Position numbers and translations under genes: made by a program. A stretch of DNA of 64,000 bases from Calcarisporiella thermophila CBS 279.70 (Eukaryota; Fungi; Calcarisporiellomycota), in assembly GCF_041956535.1 (NCBI RefSeq), contig NW_027192191.1:738152-802151 (forward strand), written 5' to 3'. Shown piece after piece: positions 26,987 to 37,827 of this stretch (position 1 is its first letter; the number at the start of each line of letters is the position of its first letter). Under the pieces are notes generated by a model. That model had not been told where the DNA came from. It made no database searches and worked only from the letters and a program-made list of their open reading frames with translations.

Positions 26987-28084
26987 ATGTTTCCATCTCT
27001 TCGTCTTCTCCTGAACGAAACTTACTCCATTCTCGCACACGTAGATATCCACATGTACTTTGAAAATGCTTATGCGCTTCTTATAGGGACAGGTGCTAAT
27101 GATAATGGCGATGTTGACCCTGAATATGAAAGCTTTATAGAGGATGCTAAATGGCTTAAAGATATATTAACAGATGAATCGCGTTGTGCTTATCCTCCCG
27201 GCAATGTGCATCTCATTTTGGGTAGGGAAGCAACAAGGAAAAATATAATTCTTGGATTAGAGAGACTGGCTTCAACGTCAAATGAGGATTCGACGGTCCT
27301 AGTATTATTTTCGGGGCATGGGTTCCGGAAAGGTTCCAATCAAACTTATTTAGTTCCCACTGGAATGCGCTCCAATGACAATCCCGAACAGTGTGCGATT
27401 TCTGGTGATGTATTCTATAATCTCATTAAATCCATACCAAGTAAAAAAATATTACTTCTACTGAATTGCTGCTATGCCGGTGGAGTTATTCCTAATTTGC
27501 TACGATCTGAAGGTGAACTAGCTCTTGGTAATACACCACTTACTGAAGGGCAAATTGCCCAGCTCAGGGATGGTAAGGGCTTTGCTGTTTTGTCGTCCTC
27601 GCATCCAAATGAAATAACTAAAACGGGTAGACCCGGCGGAGAGCATGGCTCTCTATCGTCAAAATCATACAGTGTTTTTGTGATGGGTGTCATTGCGGCC
27701 TTATCTGGATGGAATCAGAAGTCTGACGAGAACTGTGTCCGTGTCTTGGATCTGATTACTGCATGCAAAGAATATGTGAAGGAAAAATCGAAGGGAAAGC
27801 AGAACCCTTATGCGGATTTCCATCACCTCGATAATTTTCCTGTTTCTTACTTCAGTGATTACAAAGAAAAACGCAAGAGAACAAGGTGGTTCCTTGGTAT
27901 GGACAGAGACTTCATTATCGATAGTGATAGTGATAGTGATAACAGTGAAGAAGAGGATATGCCTATGACCACCTCGCATGTTTCTCAGGTGGCTAGAACC
28001 AGAAACGCCCATGCGACAAATGGCGGCGTTGTCATATCTGGAAACTTTAATATGAATAACGGAAGAGTCCACTTCGGACGATAA
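26987..28084 (+). CDS. Caspase-like peptidase C14 (bacterial-type), intronless, with acidic linker and C-terminal N/G-rich motif; likely start ATG 27053
   Basis: FENAYALLIG, ATRKNIILGLERLA, VLFSGHG (His at 27317), LLLLNCCYAGG (Cys at 27470), VLSSSHPNE, KQNP. Confidence 0.9.
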   Translation: MFPSLRLLLNETYSILAHVDIHMYFENAYALLIGTGANDNGDVDPEYESFIEDAKWLKDILTDESRCAYPPGNVHLILGREATRKNIILGLERLASTSNEDSTVLVLFSGHGFRKGSNQTYLVPTGMRSNDNPEQCAISGDVFYNLIKSIPSKKILLLLNCCYAGGVIPNLLRSEGELALGNTPLTEGQIAQLRDGKGFAVLSSSHPNEITKTGRPGGEHGSLSSKSYSVFVMGVIAALSGWNQKSDENCVRVLDLITACKEYVKEKSKGKQNPYADFHHLDNFPVSYFSDYKEKRKRTRWFLGMDRDFIIDSDSDSDNSEEEDMPMTTSHVSQVARTRNAHATNGGVVISGNFNMNNGRVHFGR

Positions 28085-29338
28085 ATCTCACATCAAATTA
28101 ATTTGTTAGTTAACCAGCATCAGAAAAAGGGTTCGGGTCGGAGGTCGAACATATAAGTAAGAATATGGAGAAATATATAATATATAATTCAGTTTTCTAT
28201 GAATAAACCTATTGACCTGTCCACTTTGGTTTCTTGGTCATTTTTGGACAATCTATGCTCACATTTATCTCTAAAAATGGATCAATGCAATGAGAGCTGA
28301 AGAGTATTCCATTATAAGCTCATACCTTGCGTTGTTAAATCTGACCTCTCTAAACTAGTTCAAGATTATGTAAAGAGCGATCGAGTTGCGCAACATAAAC
28401 TACTCACATATTGGTGCTATGTCATTGCATAAACCGTTTGGATGGGTTTATGTTAACAAAATGCACAAGGTATTCAATCTCCTCTTCCTCCGAAAATGTC
28501 CAGACCATCAAGACTACTTAACTTTTACACTTAGCCATTGCGGAAAACTGTTCTATATAGTATGTTCATGCAGAATATCTAGATTTATAGACCGACTATT
28601 TGCCCTAGATCAGCTTGTCCTCCATATATTTTCCCGTGATTTTCATGAGCTAAAACTTGTTATTATTAATTGTATTCTGTATTTTGATGAAGTGCAGGAT
28701 AACTATATGCCTATCTCTTTCAGCTAATAACTCAAATTGATTGAGAAGGGGCTGCTCTTGGCTGGGTAGCTTTTAGACAAACGAAACAAGGGAAAAACAA
28801 AATGTGGGAGGTTCAAAAACTTTATTGAGTGGTCGTTTACGCGGGCTCACTCTCATCGTCGTTCGATAAGGCTGCACCCGGTGAACCTTATTAAATGCTG
28901 CGCCCCATTCACCTGAATGCCCCATTTTTAGCCTCCAACAGATGACGCAACCATTAAAGCAGTTGAAATGGCCAACCAGATTGGTTATTAGCCCCATCAG
29001 TTATTTTTTTTTTTGCGCAGGGGTGGCTTTTTGAAATCTTTCGCCCTTTTATCCTTTTTCTTTTTTGTTCTTTGTCTCTTTCCTCAAGCCTCTCGTCTCT
29101 CGCCGCAGCTTTACCTTTTCCTCTGTTACTGTCTTTTTTTTCATATATCCTCGTTAACGCGACACCACCGACTTTCGCATTAACGTCTAGTATATACTTG
29201 AGCGTTTTTACTCAATATCCGCACCCATTAGCATACTTTGCTTGCTTTTGCATTATTCTCGACCGGGTCTTGCCCCCCTCTTAACGTCTCTGACTCATTA
29301 CATTTGATCACTCCGCATTATCTTCTAATTAGCACACC

Positions 29339-30847
29339 ATGGAGACCTCGAATGCCAATGAATCAACGAAAGCCACGGAAAACGAAAAATCACTCATGGA
29401 GGACGAGGAAGACAAACAAGTATTTGCTAAATCGGATGCTCTAAAAGATAACAAAGGTAGCCTAAATGACAAAGAGAATTCCACTCCACCAGTAACCACC
29501 GAAAATGGTGAGAAATCACAGTCCGAGGACAAAGCCAGGGGGACCCATCAGGATCTCACCGAGCAAGCCGCTGCAGCCACTGCCCTCCAGCTTTTGGGTC
29601 TAGCAACAAAGTCAGACGAGCACTCTCATGGCGATCGGCCCTCCACTGATGGTGGTCAGCTGTCAGCATCACAAACGCCTGGCCTGGCCGAGCAGAATGG
29701 AGCAGAGTCAAACAACGCTGGGAACACATCGGGAACGGGTGATAATGCCAACAATTCTCAAAAACGCTCACACGAGCAGATGGATTCGGATGAACCATCC
29801 CAAACTTCAACGGCACCAACGAACCAAGATGAGAGCGTTCTCCAGCTGCATTCCGAGGGTGGCCTCACCTTCACGCGTGAGGAAATTGCAGCTGGTCTTG
29901 CTGAACTCTCCGCGCTTCATTCAGCGGATCTGGGAACCTCAACCACCCTTGTTTCTGCTTCGGCTGACGAAAAGATCGAAACAGACCCCGCCACCTCCAT
30001 CCCCGTTAAGCGACGGAAGCCAACATACGATATGAGTATCATCTCGACCACACCCATTACAGTTACCGGAAGCGATGGGCAGAACATTCAGATGTACCAA
30101 TGCCTGTATCCCGGATGTGGAAAGCAGTTTGCCAGACTCTATAATTTAAAATCCCATACCCGCACCCATATTGATGACCGCCCATTCACGTGCGGAGTAT
30201 GTTCACAATCCTTCTCGCGCAATCACGATTTAAAGGTATACCTCTATTTACACACCTAGCCCCAATCCTTCTCTCGTTGCTAAATACCTATTGTACTTTT
30301 TTAGCGCCATGTTAAAATACACGCGGGAGATAAACCCTATTTATGCCACGGATGTGGCAAATCCTTCTCTCGGCTCGACGCACTAAAACGTCACCAAGGA
30401 AATCAGAAAAACCGGAGCGGCTGTGCAGCGGTAGCTTCGATGCAGTCGATAGAACAGCAACAGCAACAACACCAGGTTCAACCGTCTCATGCGTCTGCGG
30501 ATCAGCACGGGCTCGATCACTCTCAATCAAATGAGACCCAACCAGAACTAAACCATCACGAACTTACACAAGAACACCACCAGCTATTATTACAACAACT
30601 GGAGCAGATTGCCGCTAGTCAAGCGCGGCAACAGCAGCAACAACAGCATGGGCCCGAGCCGGAGCATGCTAACGGGCTTGCTTCGGCAGACCAAGCAAAA
30701 GAGCCCGGAACGGGGCCCCACAGTGACGTAGAAATGAAGCAAGATGTGGGGAAAGGGGTGGAGGAGCCAAAGACCATGTTGGCGGATTCTACAATAGATA
30801 AGAACAAGGACATGAAATCGGATTCATTACAGGACGTGGAGGCTTAG
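29339..30847 (+). CDS. C2H2 zinc-finger transcription factor (Crz1-like finger array), 2 exons
   Basis: [38 protein letters not shown]|[23 protein letters not shown]. Intron 30236-30304; Gln-rich tail. Confidence 0.92.
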
Positions 30848-31218
30848 CACTGGTGATATCTTGGCCGGTGGCCACGCAAGAAAAATGTATACGGAAATAA
30901 CATAGTAATTCCTTCTGTTTTTCTTTAATATATGTGTATGTTCTTACTATCGTTTTATGATTATATTGCGCGAGTATTTTAAGTCACTTTCCCTTTTTTT
31001 TTAATATTTAGTATTTTTATTGAGTTTTTCTTTTTCTCTTTGCCAATTCACTTTTCTTTTCTTTTTCTTCTTTTTCTTTTCTCTTTTCTACTTTTCTTTT
31101 TTTTTTTTCCTTTGGTTTTTGAAAAATCACCTTTTTTGACTGTTAGTAAATCATTTCCACATACAACACGTCTTTGAGCATGAAAGAGAAATAGAAATAA
31201 ATAGAGAATGAATGACCC

Positions 31219-32927
31219 TCAAAAGATGCTTGACCTCTGCTTCAACAGTCTATCTAACCACAGTTTGCCTCGCTTGACCCGTACTTTTCTGCGTGGCTCC
31301 ACTCTAACCAGTCTTAAGATGGCCATAAAATAGGCATGGGGCTCGGGGGGTCGTGAGAAGAGGCTGATGGTCCATTTCTTACAGATCTCGGCGACGATGG
31401 TTTCTGCGCGTTCCCTATCCACCTTTCTGTTCAAGAGACCGGTAAGCATTCCATGATGTACGTCTCCGGCCCACCACGCCGTGCTTTTCACGCACTCTTC
31501 GGCATACTCCTTCTCCGTCCACTGCCCCCGTTCAAATTGGGACCATCCGGGGGAGCACATGCGTTCTAAGCGAAATTCAAGCGTTTTCCACTGAGTCTGA
31601 GAGAGTAGCGTCTCCTTCACCTCCTCCACGCTTCGAAAATGCATCGCCACTCCCAGGAAATCCCTCTCGCGGCTCGTCAGTATTCCCTCCTCCACGCACG
31701 CATCCACCGCCTCATCCAGTGCACCCGTCATCACCTCGCATGCTCCGCTCTGCGCATCCTCCACAGCCGGAAAGGTGATGAGCAGCTGGCCCATGGGGAC
31801 GAATTCTTGAGCTCGCAGGTGAAGGAACAAGAGGAGATCGTGGTGGGCTCGTATGGAAAAGGGAAGTCGCTGGAGCCGAGGAGTGTGTGGAGAGAATGCG
31901 AGAGGGGAAAGAGGGGGCCCCTTATGGGGGGGGAGCTTGGAGAGTCTATGGAGGCTATCGAACGAGAATCCAAGCTGGATATGGTTGGCTATCAAGGAGA
32001 AAACGGGAAAGAGCATTGATTGTTTCGTGGGGGTGCAAATTCTAAGATGAGTGAACCTACCTGGAAAAAGACGCTCGAATACAGGGCGAATGACGACAAA
32101 GGGATACACGTTCATCCACGATAAGTTCGATTTATGAGTCCCGTCGCTATGCTTCTCGTGTTGCTCTTCCTCTTGAATCGAGCCGTGAGGATCTTCAATT
32201 TCAAGCACGATGTCGCCGGCTCCGTCCACCCCCTCGAGATTCACATGAATTTCGAGCTCTTTCACGTCCTCTTTGTCGTGGTGGAAGGGCACTTTATTTC
32301 CAGCAACGGTAGTGTCACCGTTCCCGCATTGAATCTCTGTTTGCGTTTCCTTATCCTTCGGCGGGGTGGCCGGAGGGCTGGGCGGTTTGCTTAGAAAGGT
32401 CTTTCTCTTTCTTTTCCATGTTTTCCCCCGGCCTTCTCCCGGTTTGGTGGATTGGAGATGATACAGATATCCCTCCCTGGATCTGCCCCAGCCGTTAGTA
32501 TACTTGCATCCACTCCTCACTTGAAGCGTAGGATTGACTTACTTGCAAATATGATCGAAATCTGCCTGGGAATCGACGACATGGCTCACCACGAACTCGG
32601 GGTCCTTTATCGAGCAAGAGTGGAAGGGAAAATGGGGCCGGTGTGATATTCGATGGCTAATATTTTCTACAATATGGGACATGATAGAATATGAAGAATA
32701 ATGGAATCCTGTGGGTGTTGAGGAGCAAGGTTAAACATTCCGGTTTAGAGGATAGAAAAGACGACCGGAATTACCAAAGTCGACAATATGAATGGGATTG
32801 GTGAGTGGGAGCGCGCATTCTTCGGCTATGCCAGATAGGTGCAAGTGTTTGGTTAAAATGGGGTCCATTAGGTGGAGGGAGAAGAGAGAAGCATACCGGC
32901 TCGCCTGGCGGTGGAAAGAGCGTCCAT
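31219..32927 (-). CDS. SABATH-type (Methyltransf_7) SAM-dependent carboxyl methyltransferase-like protein, degenerate motifs
   Basis: Spliced product MDALSTARRAAEECALPLTNPIHIVDFG...FERLFPANHIQLGFSFDSLHRLSKLP...DLLLFLHLRAQEFVPMGQLLITF...HFRSVEEVK matches the SABATH motifs IADLG, RLFPxxSL..SLHWLS and FLxxRxxELxPGG. Confidence 0.75.
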
Positions 32928-33444
32928 TGGCTTGGAAATTAAGGAGAGGGAGGAAGGATGTCGATAATCAGTTGGGGAAGAAACGGATTTCAAGGCTATG
33001 GAGAGGGTTGTGAGAACGAAGCATGGCCCTTGGGATATCGCGGAAACTGGAAAAGAAACCGGTCTTCCTCGCTAACTTCTCGCGGGGGCACGGAGGAGAG
33101 TCGGTCAGACGAGCTTATTTATTTTTAATTTTCTCTAAGCGGTCCATCACGCCGATAGACCTCGCCCCATTTGCCACCCGATAAACTCTAATGGAGTACA
33201 TGTGCTCTAACAACAAAGGAAAAAACATGGCATCGCGTAGAGTTAATTTATCCATGCCCGCGTTCCAATCTCTTCCGTCGGCTTGTTTTGGGACCATTCG
33301 ATCGTGACCCTTTTTTGCTCTCTCTTAGCCCAGCATCATGCGCCCCAAAACAAAGGGAGGGGCCGCTTTAAAATGATCATGACGCCACCGCTGATTTCCT
33401 CTTTGTTCTCCCTCTCCTTCGTCAACAAGCCCATTCCATAGCTA

Positions 33445-35091
33445 ATGGAAGACACCATGCAAGATTCTAATGCCGACGACTCCTCCCCAGAGCCCTCGGA
33501 CACGCCGAGAGAAGTGCTCTCGCCTATCGTCTGCTCACATTGCGCCCACGCGCAAACGGAGGATGCAACGAAAAGCTTTTTTCGTAACCCTTCTCTTCCC
33601 AGCTCTCTATCCAATAGTGAATAGCTTAAATGAATGAATCCTTCTCTCGATAGTCCATCCCAGAACTCTCACCATACTCGCTTTGATGCTGCTTGCGCTT
33701 GTCTATGTTGCAATGACGCCTGAAATAGATGATACAACCACCAATGTGAAGTTTGGGATCTTCGCGGCAATAATGGTGTTCATTCTAATTGGAACGCTGC
33801 AGTTTCCCGATGGACCATTTATCCGGCCCCATCCTGCGATTTGGCGTGCCGTGCTCTCAATTAGTGTTCTTTACCAGATGACATTAGTATTTTTGTTGTA
33901 CATGGTCTGTTCAATTTTGACTGGCGATTCGACCTTTTTTTTCTACCCGCTTGCTTATTAGTATGGCGCTTATAGAACAAGAACGATGCCCGGAAGCTCT
34001 TTTCCTATATCGATCCTACGCTTGGAGTTGAGCTACCGGAGCGCTCCTACGCCGAGAACTGTAAAATCACGGTGCATAATGTGCTGGCGCAGAGCGACAT
34101 TTTCGTGCTTGCCCACGCACTCGGATGGTTTGGTAAAGGTAGCTGAACAATCCACTTGCAAAAATTCTCGAATTGTTTGGGTTAGCCCTGTGAATCCTTA
34201 TAATGTCCAAATCCATATTAATAGCGCTCATCCTGAGAGACGTGTGGTTCTGTTGGATTCTGTCCATTATGTTCGAGGTGTGCGAGTATTCGCTGCAGCA
34301 CCAATTGCCAAATTTCAAGGAATGCTGGTGGGATCATGTAGGCATTGGCTTTCCGTAATTTGCAAACTCCCAATTCTAACCAGCTGATGCCTCTAACCTG
34401 TACAGTGGATCCTCGACGTCCTTGTTTGCAACTGGCTGGGCATCTATCTCGGCATGAAAACCTGCGAATATTTCGAAATGAAGCAGTATTCCTGGCGAGG
34501 CTTCCGAGAGATACCCACCATTCGGGGCAAAGTGTCGCGAACCGTACAACAGTTTACCCCGCATTCCTGGACCCGCTTCGAGTGGGGCACCACCAAGAGC
34601 TTTAAAAACTATGTTGTGGTCGTGTTCTTGCTTGCCATCTTTCTACAGTGCGAGCTTAACTGCTTCTACCTGAAATATTTGCTATGGATACCCCCCGAGC
34701 ATCCCCTCAACACGTGGCGGCTTTTCTTTTACTTCTTGGCGGGTGTACCGGGAACGCGAGAATTATACCAATACGTCACGGATAAGTGAGTAGCCATGGC
34801 GCTTGTAGGAGGGCTCCCTCCACCTACCTTGTTATTGACAAGATTATTATGATGTCTTTTTCCTTCGGTAGAAATTGTAAACGTATTGGCCCCCAAGCTT
34901 GGTTGGTGATGGCGACCATTTGCACCGAGACTCTCATCTGCGTCAAGCTTGGTCAGGGCGAATTCCCGAACCCAACCCCCACTTCAGTGAAATGGTTTTG
35001 GGCGGTGCTACTCACGCTGGTGGTGGGGTACGGGCTCCGAGTCCTATCCTTTACAAGCTCAGCAAAACGGAAGGAGAAGAAGCTAGCATGA
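33445..35091 (+). CDS. PTDSS: Phosphatidylserine synthase, base-exchange type (PTDSS1/2 family), multi-exon
   Basis: [82 protein letters not shown]. Confidence 0.95.
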
Positions 35092-35437
35092 GCTGCCTAA
35101 CTGGGAATGAGAAGATACTGTTGGCTCTTCTTATTTTGGTTCCCCCTTAATTCTGTCTTTTTTCTCTAAGTGCATTCTCTTGTAAATAGGTCTTCCTGTC
35201 TTATGCATGCTATTCTCCCGTTAACTTTAGCTCTCTTATCTATCATTAAATCTGTTCGTTTTCATGTAATTATCAGAGTTCTCCCCCCCCCTCCCCCCCT
35301 CTTCTTCCCTGATTTTATCAATGATACTCATGGTTTTATGTGTAATAGGGTGAATTCTTTTTTAAAAAAATCAAAAAACTTATTTTTCAAGCAGAAGAGG
35401 TTACAGGTAGAACGATCAAAGTGTATAGATTTATTAT

Positions 35438-36284
35438 TTACTATCAAAGAAGATCAAAAAGAAAGAGACGTGAATACCTTGGATGATAAAAAGCCCTTCA
35501 AGAATAACTCACCTCCTGCATGGCATCCTCGGCCTTGCCCTTGCCCTTGGCCGAGGCTGACCGATCCTTGCGCTCAAGCAAGTTCTTGCGGTCCTTGTCG
35601 ACCTTGAGCTTGGTGATCACCACCTTGGAGGGGTGGATGCCGATGGGAACGGTCGAACCTAGATGTTAAGAGTTAGCCAATCCAGCGCCGACAAATTCAT
35701 TCGGGGGGGAGAATAACTAGGTACCATTGACTTTCTCGCGGCTCACGCGCTCAATGTGGATAATCCACTTCTTGCGATAGACCTGCACGACCTTGCCCTC
35801 ACGACCCTTGTAGGATCCGCGCACAACGAGCACCTCATCATCCTTGCGGATGGGGATGGAGCGAGCCTAAATGAAACCATGTTTAAGCCACGGAGAACAT
35901 TCAGCAAAAGCGCAGCCAAATCCAACTTACATGGTGCTTCTCGCGGAGCTCCTTGGAGAGAGACGCGCTCATGATCTTGCGGCGGATATTGGAGGGCGCA
36001 GAGAAGTGGGCCTTGCGGCTCTTGCGACGAGAAGAGCTAACGTCTAATGGGGAAGGGCAGACGGATGAAGTTAGCATGAGGCCATCAGAATGATCGTATA
36101 GTGACAAGAGCAGATCCTAATGGACAGAGATCGAAATAACAACGCTTCTCAAATAAGAGAAAACACATGGTATATGGAATATACAATGCATCTGTTGTTG
36201 TTCCTTCTTCCATCCATCCATCCATCCACCCACTACTTTAGTATCATAAAGAGAAAGCATCTTCTTACCCTGGCTGAACTTCAT
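35438..36284 (-). CDS. RPL26: 60S ribosomal protein L26 (uL24)
   Basis: MKFSQ|[69 protein letters not shown]. The last intron appears to leave only the TAA on the final exon. Confidence 0.97.
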
Positions 36285-36395
36285 CGCAAATGGAATAGGA
36301 TAAAGAAAAGAGAAGGAACCTCCTTTCCCCCCTCCTAGGATTACTTTTCTTCCCTACCGTCAAAGAACAAAAATTTGCAACGTCACGATTACGGA

Positions 36396-36403
36396 CAGTC
36401 ACA
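36396..36403. promoter_or_regulatory. Homol-D box (CAGTCACA) in the bidirectional RPL26/RPP2 promoter
   Basis: Exact CAGTCACA octamer between two divergent ribosomal protein genes. Homol-D is the known RP-promoter element of S. pombe and other fungi. Confidence 0.65.
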
Positions 36404-36673
36404 GTGGAAAGGGGGGGATTTTTGTAGTGCGAATTGATGCGTCGAGGAGTTCCTCCTCTTTTGACTTTAACACCGTATATCAGTCGAACTAGGTAAGCAT
36501 GCATCCATCTTTAAAGATGGGTTTGCCATGGTGGCCGATGGACGGATGGATGGATGGTTCGATTTAATGCGCCTCCGCCCTTCGTCCACTTTGCTATGTG
36601 ACCTTTGTGAATTATTCGAATCGCTTTTAGGATATCCATCATTAACGCGTCCTTTTGTCGAAGTAGATCCAAG

Positions 36674-37109
36674 ATGCGTCACCTCGCTGCTTATATGCTT
36701 CTCACCCTCGGCGGTAACGCATCTCCCTCCGCTGAGGACATCAAGTCCATCCTCTCCACTGTCGGCATTGAGGCTGAGGAGGAGCGCCTTAACCAGCTCC
36801 TTTCCGAGCTTGCTGGCAAGGACTTGAACGAGGTGAGTGGCATCGCATTTCTTTTTTTTTTATTTTTATTTTGCTTGCACACTGTTGGTTGATTCAGTGG
36901 ACTAACTGAAGAATTTCCCTATTTATTTATAGCTCATCGCTCAGGGTAAGGAGAAACTCGCCTCGGTTCCCACTGGTGGTGCTGCTGTTGCTTCCTCTGG
37001 TGCTGCTGCCTCGGGCGGTGCTGCCGCTGCGGCTGAAGAGAAGAAGGAGGAGAAGAAGGAGGAGGAGGAGGAGGAAGATGAAGACATGGGCTTCGGTCTC
37101 TTCGATTAG
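36674..37109 (+). CDS. RPP2: 60S acidic ribosomal protein P2
   Basis: [33 protein letters not shown]..., intron 36833-36932, C-terminus [15 protein letters not shown]. Confidence 0.97.
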
Positions 37110-37827
37110 ATTCTTGCTCTTTAAAATACAACCTAATAAACACGTCACTTGTATTTTCCTCTCGAAATGGACAGCACGTCTATTCCACATTAGACCAGGT
37201 TTCCCTGCCAACTATCCAGTCATGGATACAGGCTCGGAGCCCTCTCGGTAGAGGGCTGCATTACTTTAGGAGCTCTTCCACTTTTCTCGCTCAAACTTTT
37301 TCACTTATTACGCAACTTTTACATAATATTCGAAAACCTTAACGGCCTATAGAGAGGGGATCCTAGCAAAGATGCCCATCACATAAACTTGCATTGGAAG
37401 CAAAAGGCGGTGCTGATACATAATGAAGCAGAATCACGACATATAGTGAAGAAAGAAGGCGATGCTGGTCATCCGGCGGTTGCTAGGGTGGCCACATTAA
37501 GCCCGAGGTCTCGTGTTTTATGATTCGATGATGTCTCGTAGCATTCCCAGCCTTTTGTGGTAAGATTAGAAATGGTACCCATTAAAATTTAATTGCGCGC
37601 ACAAGCACAGGAAAAAATGCCTGCCAGTTCGTGAAGTAGGGGAAACGGGAGAAAATCGCATATTCGTGTTTCTTTTCGCTTGTTTTGATTTCTCTCTGTG
37701 AGAGCAAGCTTCTTCACTTTCATTCATCCCACTTTCACTTCACTCCTCACTCTCGGCGTCCGCTTTCACTTTCCGTTCCCTCTCCACCTCCCCCCTCCTG
37801 TCTCCTAAGGGAACAGCACAAGCAAGC

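Noticed and set aside
36046-36268. Possible box C/D snoRNA in RPL26 intron 1 (ATGATA...CTGA)
   Set aside because: Box C is imperfect, the CTGA is only about 10 nt from the branch point, and no terminal stem or rRNA guide was recognised.
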